From positions 1-44,026 of the IMG/VR virus record IMGVR_UViG_3300032258_000005: a stretch of 44,026 nucleotides of DNA; one strand, 5' to 3'. Numbering within the stretch: position 1 is the stretch's first letter; every line of letters begins with the position of its first letter. The position numbers and the translations under genes are program-made. The notes under the pieces are model-generated. The model had not been told where the DNA came from, did not search any database, and saw only the letters and a program-made list of their open reading frames with translations. Below are positions 37,157 to 44,026 of this stretch, in pieces. The stretch is from a virus. Lineage: Duplodnaviria > Caudoviricetes.

Positions 37157-37192
37157 TACGTTTTTCAAAATAAATCGCACATAGCCACCTCC

Positions 37193-37642
37193 TCACACCA
37201 CGCCCCTAGCGTGACGCACGAACTCGCACCAACAGTCCACCAGCCAGCCCGGCCCCGCCCCGTGCAGGTTGACGCCTTCAACCGTGGCGCCCGCCCCAGC
37301 CCGCACGAACTCCAGGCAGCCCACCTCCGCGCTCTTCAACGTCCAGCCTTTAAACGACCCGTTACGCACCATGACAGCATAATACAGTTCGCCCTCAAAG
37401 CCCTGCGTGCGCTTGCCCCGTTTGCGGTTCGGCTTACCGTCCGGCCCGTATCGATCTGGCCAAATTTCCTGCGGCGTTACGCCTATCGCCCCCGCAATGA
37501 GGCGTTCCATCCGCGGGTAGGGCTTATTTAGTGCCAGCTTGGGCGCGTGGCGGCTCAACCCCACCTCACGCGCCAAGCCCGCCAGCGAATAGCCTTTAAG
37601 CTTTAGCTGGTGTCTAACCCATGTTCTCGTTCCATCTTTCAT
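37193..37642 (-). CDS. Ner/Nlp-like HTH transcriptional regulator with C-terminal extension
   Basis: LKLKGYSLAGLARE.GLS...PYPRMERLIA.AIGV.PQEIWPDRY matches the Mu Ner family. ATG 37642 preferred. Confidence 0.85.
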   Translation of the reverse strand: MKDGTRTWVRHQLKLKGYSLAGLAREVGLSRHAPKLALNKPYPRMERLIAGAIGVTPQEIWPDRYGPDGKPNRKRGKRTQGFEGELYYAVMVRNGSFKGWTLKSAEVGCLEFVRAGAGATVEGVNLHGAGPGWLVDCWCEFVRHARGVV

Positions 37643-37872
37643 CGACCCACCCCCTCGGCAGCCACCACCACGCCATCCACGCGACAATAGCCAACCATCG
37701 TTATTTTACTTGTGGTCACATACTCCGCGTCGTGCGCCAAACAGTGCCCCTCATCTAGCGCGGAGAGCACCGACCAGACCACGACCCATGCGAGCGCGGC
37801 GCACGCCACCATGGCCAGCGCAAACGCCGCCCAGTCCGTTACGCGCCGCGTCCCATACCATGGGCGGCTCAT
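37639..37872 (-). CDS. Small membrane protein
   Basis: ATG 37872; one TM segment; ATGA coupling. Confidence 0.6.
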   Translation of the reverse strand: MSRPWYGTRRVTDWAAFALAMVACAALAWVVVWSVLSALDEGHCLAHDAEYVTTSKITMVGYCRVDGVVVAAEGVGR

Positions 37873-37970
37873 AGCCCTACCACCAAGCGGGCCACGTAAA
37901 ACAGGATCACGCCCGCCCCTACTACGGCCCCCGCCAAGCACCCCAGTACGCCAAACTCGCGGGGCGTCAC
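37869..37970 (-). CDS. 33-aa membrane peptide (not in the ORF track)
   Basis: MTPREFGVLGCLAGAVVGAGVILFYVARLVVGL*; 4-nt start/stop overlaps with both neighbours. Confidence 0.55.
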   Translation of the reverse strand: MTPREFGVLGCLAGAVVGAGVILFYVARLVVGL

Positions 37971-38320
37971 AATTCCGCCCCTTTCTCATAGAAGTCCAAA
38001 GCACGCCCCACGTCCTTAAAATGCGTGCGCTCAACCTCATGGCCGTTGACGGCCTCTTCTACAACGTAGTCACGCCCCGTCGGGAAGTGGTGCAACGACC
38101 AGTTACCCCTTGTGTGCAGTACGACCCCAGCCTGCATAACGTCGCGGGCGGTGCGCGTCGTACGGACCAAGCGCTCGCCCCTCGCGGCACTGCTCGCGGC
38201 CGCCAACATGTTAGACACCGCGTCCAGGCGGCGCCATAACACCGACTGCACAGGTACCCCGTCCATCTGGGCGTGTACCCGGCTGCTCAGCTGTACTAAA
38301 CTTTCCATTACTTCGTCCAT
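37967..38320 (-). CDS. Hypothetical protein
   Basis: GAGGG RBS; operon packing. Confidence 0.7.
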   Translation of the reverse strand: MDEVMESLVQLSSRVHAQMDGVPVQSVLWRRLDAVSNMLAAASSAARGERLVRTTRTARDVMQAGVVLHTRGNWSLHHFPTGRDYVVEEAVNGHEVERTHFKDVGRALDFYEKGAEL

Positions 38321-38459
38321 CTTTTAAGCCCTCTCTAATTTTATTAATTTCAACATCGTACACCGTGCGGCACGCGGGCGGGTCGGGGTCTTTTACGTCC
38401 CACGCCAGCCCACACTTTGCGCACTGCATTTCGTCCCCCTCCCTCCGCGCGTCACACAT
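38211..38459 (-). CDS. Hypothetical Cys-containing protein
   Basis: CAKC motif; coupled to the upstream stop; 3' part overlaps the next gene. Confidence 0.55.
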   Translation of the reverse strand: MCDARREGDEMQCAKCGLAWDVKDPDPPACRTVYDVEINKIREGLKDGRSNGKFSTAEQPGTRPDGRGTCAVGVMAPPGRGV

Positions 38460-38677
38460 CAGTCGGGTATGTCGTAGCTATAAACGCAGGTTGTCGCGCC
38501 CCACTGTACGTTTACTCGCTCGAAGCGGTCTTCGAGGGTGCGTAGCGCGCCGGTGGGTAGGAACGGGCTGATCTTCTCGCCCGACGAGATCAGCCGCACG
38601 GCGTCCCCCATATCCATAAACCGATCAGCGCGGGTAATCCTGTAATCGTACCGACCTATCTTAATTTTCACTGGCAT
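38459..38677 (-). CDS. Hypothetical protein
   Basis: GAGG RBS; operon packing. Confidence 0.65.
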   Translation of the reverse strand: MPVKIKIGRYDYRITRADRFMDMGDAVRLISSGEKISPFLPTGALRTLEDRFERVNVQWGATTCVYSYDIPD

Positions 38678-39077
38678 TGTCTAGCACCTCGCTAATCTCA
38701 AATTCGGGCCACTCTTTGCGCAGCCCCTCCCAATCCCCCTCGCGCCAAGCGGTAAGAAACGCCGCCGGTTCGTCGTCCAGAATCGCGAAGTCTATCGCGT
38801 CGTTAAAGTCTTGGCGCATTTGTTCAGCCTCCTCGGTCACCCATGCGGGCACGTCGTAGCTGTAGCCGCGCCCAGTCCTGAGCGCGTTTTGGGCTACCAC
38901 CTCCGATATCTCCGCGAGCCGGTAGCGCCTAACTAAGCCATCGCTGCAAAGCACGTCGATGTCGAACTCGCAGCCCTCGGCTATCAGTTTCCGCTCACGT
39001 CGCGTAACGCGTGTCCTACCCTCGCGGCCGCAAGGCAGAAGCACGCGGGTGTTGTTCTCTATCGCGTCGATTGCCAT
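38661..39077 (-). CDS. Hypothetical protein
   Basis: First gene after the promoter at 39113-39151; GAGGG RBS. Confidence 0.75.
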   Translation of the reverse strand: MAIDAIENNTRVLLPCGREGRTRVTRRERKLIAEGCEFDIDVLCSDGLVRRYRLAEISEVVAQNALRTGRGYSYDVPAWVTEEAEQMRQDFNDAIDFAILDDEPAAFLTAWREGDWEGLRKEWPEFEISEVLDNASEN

Positions 39078-39112
39078 ACCTTTTACCCTCTCATCTCGTT
39101 AATGTTGTAGAT

Positions 39113-39151
39113 AGCTTAGTATTAACTATCGCACGCGTCAACTATTATTTT
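39113..39151 (-). promoter_or_regulatory. Promoter, third member of the AAATAATAGTTGACG family
   Basis: AAAATAATAG-TTGACG-17nt-TAAGCT; shares GCGATAGTTA and CTACAACAT with copies 1 and 2. Confidence 0.8.
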
Positions 39152-40856
39152 CGATTGAGTCCCAGATGCGTCCAGCCAGCGTGCCGGCGTCCTTAGCGCC
39201 GAGCGCCTGCGCGGCTAGTGCGTCAATTTTAAACTCTCGGTAAAACCGTCGATAGGTCTCAGCGTCGCCCCGCCCCGCGTCGCGATGGTACGCCGCCCAC
39301 CATGCCATGCCGTCCCGTAACTCCGCCTGGGCTTCTTGTCGCTCCCCGTGCTTGCGTACGAGCATACCGATGCCGATAGCCGGCGCGTGCTTAGCGAGCA
39401 GCGAAGCCCGGTACGCTTCCGCGTCGAGGTCCACGCGCGCCACCTCCCCTCTCATTTGTGCCAGCATGTCCGGGTCTAGCTCGGTCAGATCGCCGTCGAC
39501 AAACTCCGGCGCGGAGCGTGACGCGTAGGCAGGCTTCGAGCCGCAGAACGGACAAGCGGGCAGCACGCGCTCATACACGTGCATACACAACACATTCAGG
39601 CACGCGGTCAGCGTCTCCACATCGTCCGGGGCTGCTCGGCTGCGCTTCTCCGCGGCGTCCAACGTCCACACCCTCCCCGCGTCGGGCAGGCCGTGGCGTA
39701 CGACGTTACCCACGTGGTCGATAATGATCGCGCGGGGTTTGCTGGATGCTGCAATCATTGCGCGCCGTGCGGGGCTATCGTCTCGGCCCTGCGGGGGCTG
39801 CACACCTTGCGCCAACATGAGCCGCAACGCCCGCCCGAATTGCTGGCAGAACAGCGCGAATGATTGAGTAGGGCGTGCCATGATAACGACCTCGATAGCG
39901 GGCAGGTCGAACCCCTCGCCGAACAGATCGACGTTAACCAGCACGGTGATATCACGGCGTGCATAGCGCCGCATAATCTCCGCGCGTACGTTGTCCGGTG
40001 TCTTAGCGCTTACCACTTCCGCGACGACGCCCGCCGCATTGAACGCGCCCGACATGTCGGAGGCGGTCTCAACGTCGGAGGCGAACACGACCGCCAACTT
40101 ACCGGGCGCTATGCGCCGGTAGTGGTCGACCACGTCCCCTATGATATGTGATTTACGCACCGCTTTTTTAAGCTGCGAGGGGCTAAAGTCGCCCGACGCT
40201 TTACTAATCGCCACTTCTGCGAGCTCGATATCGGACTGCGGGGCAAATATGCGGTAATCAGTCAGCCACCCGTCGTCGATCATCTCGCGCATAGTCGGCC
40301 CCTCGACCATCGTATCAAACAGACCCTGCGCGTGCGAGCCTAGCCCCTCCCCCGACGCCCGTATCGGCGTAGCAGTCACGCCCAGCCCTTTAGCGTTCGC
40401 GAACATCGCGACGGCCTTGCCCCACTTATTGGTTTTAAGCAGGTGGTGCGCCTCGTCTACGACCCACAGTCGCACACGGGACAGCCACATATTCAGCTCA
40501 ACGCTCTTATTAAGTATCGTGTCGACACCCGCCACCGCACACGGTGCGTTGGGGTCATAGTGTGATACACCTGTGTCGGTGCGGTGCGCCGCGCATATTC
40601 TCCGGACGGTTGCAGGGGGCGCTATGATGCGGTGACGCACTTGTGCCCGGTTGAGAGCGGCGGATATCTGACCCACCAACTCCTGGCGGTGCGCGATGGC
40701 TACCGAGGGCGCGCCGAAATCCGCGAGGATACCCGCAAACAGAACCGTTTTACCCGCCCCAGTAGGCAGCACCGCGAGCACATTATCACGCCCCGCCGCC
40801 CACGCCTCCTGTACCGCCGCCGCCGCGTCGGCTTGATAATATCTATAGGTCGGCAT
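39138..40856 (-). CDS. SF2 DEAH-box helicase with C-terminal Zn finger (RadD/YejH-like)
   Basis: PTGAGKT, DEAHH, TATP, EGFDLP, QQFGRALR, CPFCG. Confidence 0.93.
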   Translation of the reverse strand: MPTYRYYQADAAAAVQEAWAAGRDNVLAVLPTGAGKTVLFAGILADFGAPSVAIAHRQELVGQISAALNRAQVRHRIIAPPATVRRICAAHRTDTGVSHYDPNAPCAVAGVDTILNKSVELNMWLSRVRLWVVDEAHHLLKTNKWGKAVAMFANAKGLGVTATPIRASGEGLGSHAQGLFDTMVEGPTMREMIDDGWLTDYRIFAPQSDIELAEVAISKASGDFSPSQLKKAVRKSHIIGDVVDHYRRIAPGKLAVVFASDVETASDMSGAFNAAGVVAEVVSAKTPDNVRAEIMRRYARRDITVLVNVDLFGEGFDLPAIEVVIMARPTQSFALFCQQFGRALRLMLAQGVQPPQGRDDSPARRAMIAASSKPRAIIIDHVGNVVRHGLPDAGRVWTLDAAEKRSRAAPDDVETLTACLNVLCMHVYERVLPACPFCGSKPAYASRSAPEFVDGDLTELDPDMLAQMRGEVARVDLDAEAYRASLLAKHAPAIGIGMLVRKHGERQEAQAELRDGMAWWAAYHRDAGRGDAETYRRFYREFKIDALAAQALGAKDAGTLAGRIWDSIENNS

Positions 40857-41217
40857 GGTACGCCCCGCTCGTGGGGTACATCGCGCGGACCACGCCTAAC
40901 AGTACGGCTAGGTGATACGCGCCCACCTCGCCACCGTCGAGCAGAAACCTATGGCACGCTGCCACCGCGTGCGACCCCTTCGGCCGGTGCGTGGGTATCC
41001 GCCCTGATATGCGCGGCGCGCCCCGGTACCGCTTGGCCCACTGTTTACGCAGCTTGTCTGCGCGTGCGCGCATCTCGCCGGGCGTCATTGGGCGCCGGAA
41101 TGATATGGCCGACAGGCCCGCCTGTAGCGTTACGCCGCCCTCCGCGGGCCGAATCCCCGCCTCGTGCATCGTGGCGAGCCCGTCGAGTTGATCCGCTATT
41201 AATAAGTAGGGTTCCAT
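40843..41217 (-). CDS. Hypothetical protein
   Basis: GAGG RBS; first gene of the leftward unit. Confidence 0.7.
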   Translation of the reverse strand: MEPYLLIADQLDGLATMHEAGIRPAEGGVTLQAGLSAISFRRPMTPGEMRARADKLRKQWAKRYRGAPRISGRIPTHRPKGSHAVAACHRFLLDGGEVGAYHLAVLLGVVRAMYPTSGAYHADL

Positions 41218-41240
41218 GTGTGCACCTCGTGTGAAATAAA

Positions 41241-41287
41241 TAGTTGACGCGTCCGATATTAGCGTCTATTATCTCTCACGTCAACTA
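41241..41287. promoter_or_regulatory. Overlapping divergent promoters within an inverted repeat
   Basis: Plus strand TTGACG-17-TATTAT; minus strand TTGACG-17-TAATAT; arms TAGTTGACG / CGTCAACTA. Confidence 0.8.
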
Positions 41288-41308
41288 CTACACACGAGGA
41301 TAAAAGAC

Positions 41309-42184
41309 ATGGCTGGATCATTTGCATTTGATATAAACTTAGACGACGCGGACGGCCTCGCCGTCGCCGCGAGCATGCTGCAAGCCGGCGCAACGACCGC
41401 CGAGGCGCGGCGCGTGCTGGCTACCCCCGCGGTATCCCCCACCCCATACACCGCGCCAGGGGTTGCGGACAACGCCCCCGCTACGTTGGTCGGCGAAGAG
41501 CCCGTTGACGTGCCGGGGGTTACGAAAGCGTGGGCGGGCGAGGATTACCCCGAGGATTATGCCGAGTGGCGGCAGACCACGGCCGGCCCCGAGGAATATG
41601 CCGAGGCAGCAAAGGCGGCGGAAGCGCCGACCACCAGCGCAGCGGAGCTAAGCCCGGCCGGCCCAGGCGCCCACGACGGTGCAGCTACCGCGCCGCAGCT
41701 ACTAGCCGCCGCGGTAGCCGCGCCACCCACCCAAACGGGCGCGGTAGTTACCGATGCAGACGGACAGCCATGGGATGTGCGCATTCACGTGGGGAGCCGT
41801 GCGAAGGTAGCGGCGGGCACCTGGCGTCTGAAGCCAAAGGTAGACCCCGCGCTCGTCGATCAAGTGCGCGCCGAGAATACCGCGCTAATGGCACTACCCG
41901 TGCCGGACGCCACGCCGGCGGCGCAGGTGGCGCCGCCGGTAGTTAACCCTCCGTCGGCCGCAGGTGGTGTGCCAGCGGGCTACGTAATGCCCACGCCCCC
42001 CGTTAGCGTGCCGGACTTTTACCGCGCCGCCTCGCAGCTCCACAAAGACAACGTGTTGTCAGACGTAGCGATAACAGCCGTAGCGGCCGCCCACGGCGTG
42101 CCGTCTTTACAAGCCATCACGCAGCGCCCCGACTTGATACCGACGATCTGGGCCGCGATAGTCGACAAGGCCGGCCAGCAGTGA
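41309..42184 (+). CDS. Ala/Pro-rich hypothetical protein of the replication module
   Basis: GAGGA RBS; DADGQPWDVRIH...GTWR motif; upstream of the DUF2800-like gene. Confidence 0.75.
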   Translation: MAGSFAFDINLDDADGLAVAASMLQAGATTAEARRVLATPAVSPTPYTAPGVADNAPATLVGEEPVDVPGVTKAWAGEDYPEDYAEWRQTTAGPEEYAEAAKAAEAPTTSAAELSPAGPGAHDGAATAPQLLAAAVAAPPTQTGAVVTDADGQPWDVRIHVGSRAKVAAGTWRLKPKVDPALVDQVRAENTALMALPVPDATPAAQVAPPVVNPPSAAGGVPAGYVMPTPPVSVPDFYRAASQLHKDNVLSDVAITAVAAAHGVPSLQAITQRPDLIPTIWAAIVDKAGQQ

Positions 42185-43344
42185 GCGGCGCGCACAGTAT
42201 TCTAGCCCCGTCGCGCGCGTCGCGGCGGGTACAGTGCCGCGGGTCGTGCAGGTTAGAGGCGGCGCACCCTGAAACCGAAGAGCGCGAGGAGGCACGCGAG
42301 GGCACCGCCTCCCATGAGCTAGCCGAGATGATGATAGACGCACTGGTGCGCGGCGGTATCAACATGCCCACCCCCACCGACACGGTAGGCCAGCTGGCCG
42401 CGAACGATGTGGAGTGGACACGCGAGAGCTACGACGGGGCGTTGATGTACGCCGAGGACGTACAGCGCGTGGCGAGGCTCACGGGCGTATTCGGCGGGGA
42501 GCACTTTGGCACCGAACGCCGAGTGCACGCGGCACGCATCCACGAACTGAGCTGGGGTACGTTGGATCAGTTTATCTACGATGCGAAGCACAACCGTTTG
42601 TACATATGGGATTACAAATTCGGGAGGGTGTTAGTCGAGCCGGAGAACAACTGGCAGCTGATCATATACGCCGTTGCGTTGATAGACTGGCTGATCAGCA
42701 CGGGCGCGGACGAGCAGACGCTAACGCTTTGCTTGACCATAGTACAGCCCCGGGCGTACCACCCCGACGGGCCGGCGCGTGAATGGCGCCTGCGTGCTAC
42801 CGATCTACGCGCCTACTCTAATATAATGTCCGCCGTTGAGGTTGAGGCGCTGGGGGACAACCCGAGTTTTAGCACCGGTCCTGAGTGCAAGCACTGCTCG
42901 GGGCGTCACGTGTGCGAGACGATACAACGCACTGGCTACGCTATCGCCGAGTATGTCGCCTCACCTGTTAACGTGGCGCTGAGTCCAGCGGCGTTAGGGC
43001 TAGAGCTGTCTATCATGCGCCAAGCCGTCGCACTGGCTAAAGCGCGGTTGGAGGGGTTGGAGGGGCAGGCAATCGCGCACATCGCCACAGGTCCCTCGTT
43101 GCCGGGCTGGCAACTGCAACCGGGGCGCGGGTCAACAGTGTGGGTCGAGGATGACGAAACTGTAATAACTACTGGCGCGATGATGGGGCTCGACCTACGC
43201 CGGGGGGGCGCGTGCACGCCAAAACAGGCGCTAGACGCCGGCGCGCACCCCGAAACAATCTCAGCATTTAGCACCAAAAAACCGGGGGCGTTAAAACTCG
43301 TCCCATTCGCAGCAACTAAACTGACAGAGGTATTTTTCAAATGA
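42181..43344 (+). CDS. Cas4-like PD-(D/E)xK exonuclease (DUF2800-like)
   Basis: HSILAPS...C.GS, AREGTASH, GTLD...WDYKFG, QL..YA, IVQPR, C..C.....C. Confidence 0.88.
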   Translation: MSGAHSILAPSRASRRVQCRGSCRLEAAHPETEEREEAREGTASHELAEMMIDALVRGGINMPTPTDTVGQLAANDVEWTRESYDGALMYAEDVQRVARLTGVFGGEHFGTERRVHAARIHELSWGTLDQFIYDAKHNRLYIWDYKFGRVLVEPENNWQLIIYAVALIDWLISTGADEQTLTLCLTIVQPRAYHPDGPAREWRLRATDLRAYSNIMSAVEVEALGDNPSFSTGPECKHCSGRHVCETIQRTGYAIAEYVASPVNVALSPAALGLELSIMRQAVALAKARLEGLEGQAIAHIATGPSLPGWQLQPGRGSTVWVEDDETVITTGAMMGLDLRRGGACTPKQALDAGAHPETISAFSTKKPGALKLVPFAATKLTEVFFK

Positions 43345-44026
43345 CAGCAGAGGTAATGACACCCGTGGGCCGCATCGTCAACGGACACCCGATGGCACGC
43401 ACACCCGTGATAGATGAGCGTACACAGCAGCAAAAACTAAATCGCAACGGCGAGCCCCGTCTAAGCTCGTATTTCGCGCTAGCGATCCCCAAGCAGGGCG
43501 AGACGCATTGGAGTCAGACGGAGTGGGGGCGGGCCATCCACGCGCTCGGCGTCGCCGCGCACCCGAACGGCGAGACAAACAATTTGAGCTACTCCTGGAA
43601 AATAGCGGACGGTGATAGCTCGCTGCCGAACAAAAAAGGTAAAGTGCCTAATCAGCGCGAGGGGTGGCCGGGGCACTGGGTGCTACACCCGTCTACTGAC
43701 TTAGCGGTGCGCTGCTATCACGAAGGGCGCTTTGCTGAGCACGAGATAATACAGCGTAAGGAAGAGATCAAAACCGGCGACTACGTCCGCGTGCTCCTCT
43801 CGCTAAAAGGCAACGGGTCGTCAGACTCGCCGGGACTGTATATGACACCCGAGTTAGTCTCTCTGTTTCGTGCGGGTATCGAGATACAGACGGGCGGCGG
43901 CCCCTCCGCTGCGGATGCGTTCGGTGGTACAACCGGCGTACTCCCGCAAGGGGCTATGATCGACACGACCGTGCAGCAACCGCCGATGCAGCAACCGCCG
44001 ATGCAGCAACCGCCGATGCAGCAACC
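43341..44026 (+). CDS. ssDNA-binding protein (DUF2815-like), 5' part; continues at position 1; not in the ORF track
   Basis: ATGA overlap at 43341; MTAEVMTPVGRIVNG...KIADGD...GWPGHW...IKTGDYVRV...PGLY; open to the contig end; lies between the DUF2800-like gene and the polymerase. Confidence 0.82.
   Translation, partial: MTAEVMTPVGRIVNGHPMARTPVIDERTQQQKLNRNGEPRLSSYFALAIPKQGETHWSQTEWGRAIHALGVAAHPNGETNNLSYSWKIADGDSSLPNKKGKVPNQREGWPGHWVLHPSTDLAVRCYHEGRFAEHEIIQRKEEIKTGDYVRVLLSLKGNGSSDSPGLYMTPELVSLFRAGIEIQTGGGPSAADAFGGTTGVLPQGAMIDTTVQQPPMQQPPMQQPPMQQ

Larger units (their letters stand above)
35972..37185 (+). mobile_element. Two tandem integron-like gene cassettes without an integrase; genes antisense to attC
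   Basis: Core GTTAGCAGG (35972) is complementary to CCTGCTAAC (36638). Full attC at 36640-36722. GTTATGTGC (36716) pairs with GCACATAGC (37177) with one mismatch. Abrupt drop in GC content. Confidence 0.8.
1..44026. mobile_element. Near-complete bacteriophage genome (contractile-tailed Caudoviricetes), circularly permuted
   Basis: Full set of packaging, head, sheath/tube/baseplate, lysis and replication genes, with no host housekeeping genes. Both ends lie in the same 15-nt repeat and join in frame. Confidence 0.95.

Noticed and set aside
42181-43344. Cas4 as part of a CRISPR-Cas system
   Set aside because: Standalone Cas4-like nuclease in the usual nuclease-SSB-polymerase phage module; no other cas genes or array.
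1-44026. Integrase, CI repressor, tRNAs, spanins
   Set aside because: No recognisable motifs found by eye; the absence is provisional without HMM or tRNAscan searches.

Overview
The window looks like a near-complete, circularly permuted ~44 kb genome of a GC-rich tailed phage with a contractile tail (myovirus). Both ends fall inside one (QQPPM)n repeat of an ssDNA-binding protein gene and join in frame. Replication genes: Cas4-like/DUF2800 nuclease, SSB, family A DNA polymerase, VRR-NUC nuclease, NrS-1-like primase-helicase and SF2 helicase. A minus-strand morphogenesis and lysis block runs from terS/terL through portal, head, sheath, tube, baseplate, tail fibre, endolysin and holin. A divergent plus-strand accessory structural operon lies at 32.4-35.9 kb. 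I saw no integrase, CI-like repressor, tRNA or CRISPR array. Most notable: (1) an AT-rich insert at 35972-37185 built like two integron gene cassettes around a canonical-looking attC site, genes antisense to the attC, carrying a DNA methyltransferase; (2) a nested two-frame C5 methyltransferase whose subunits are both frameshifted by one C7 tract; (3) a reused 77-bp promoter/RBS module; (4) leaderless promoters; (5) an iteron/AT-rich/11-bp repeat region upstream of terS; (6) an SSB ending in the host-type DFDDDIPF tail. Product calls come from motif recognition and gene order, not database searches.
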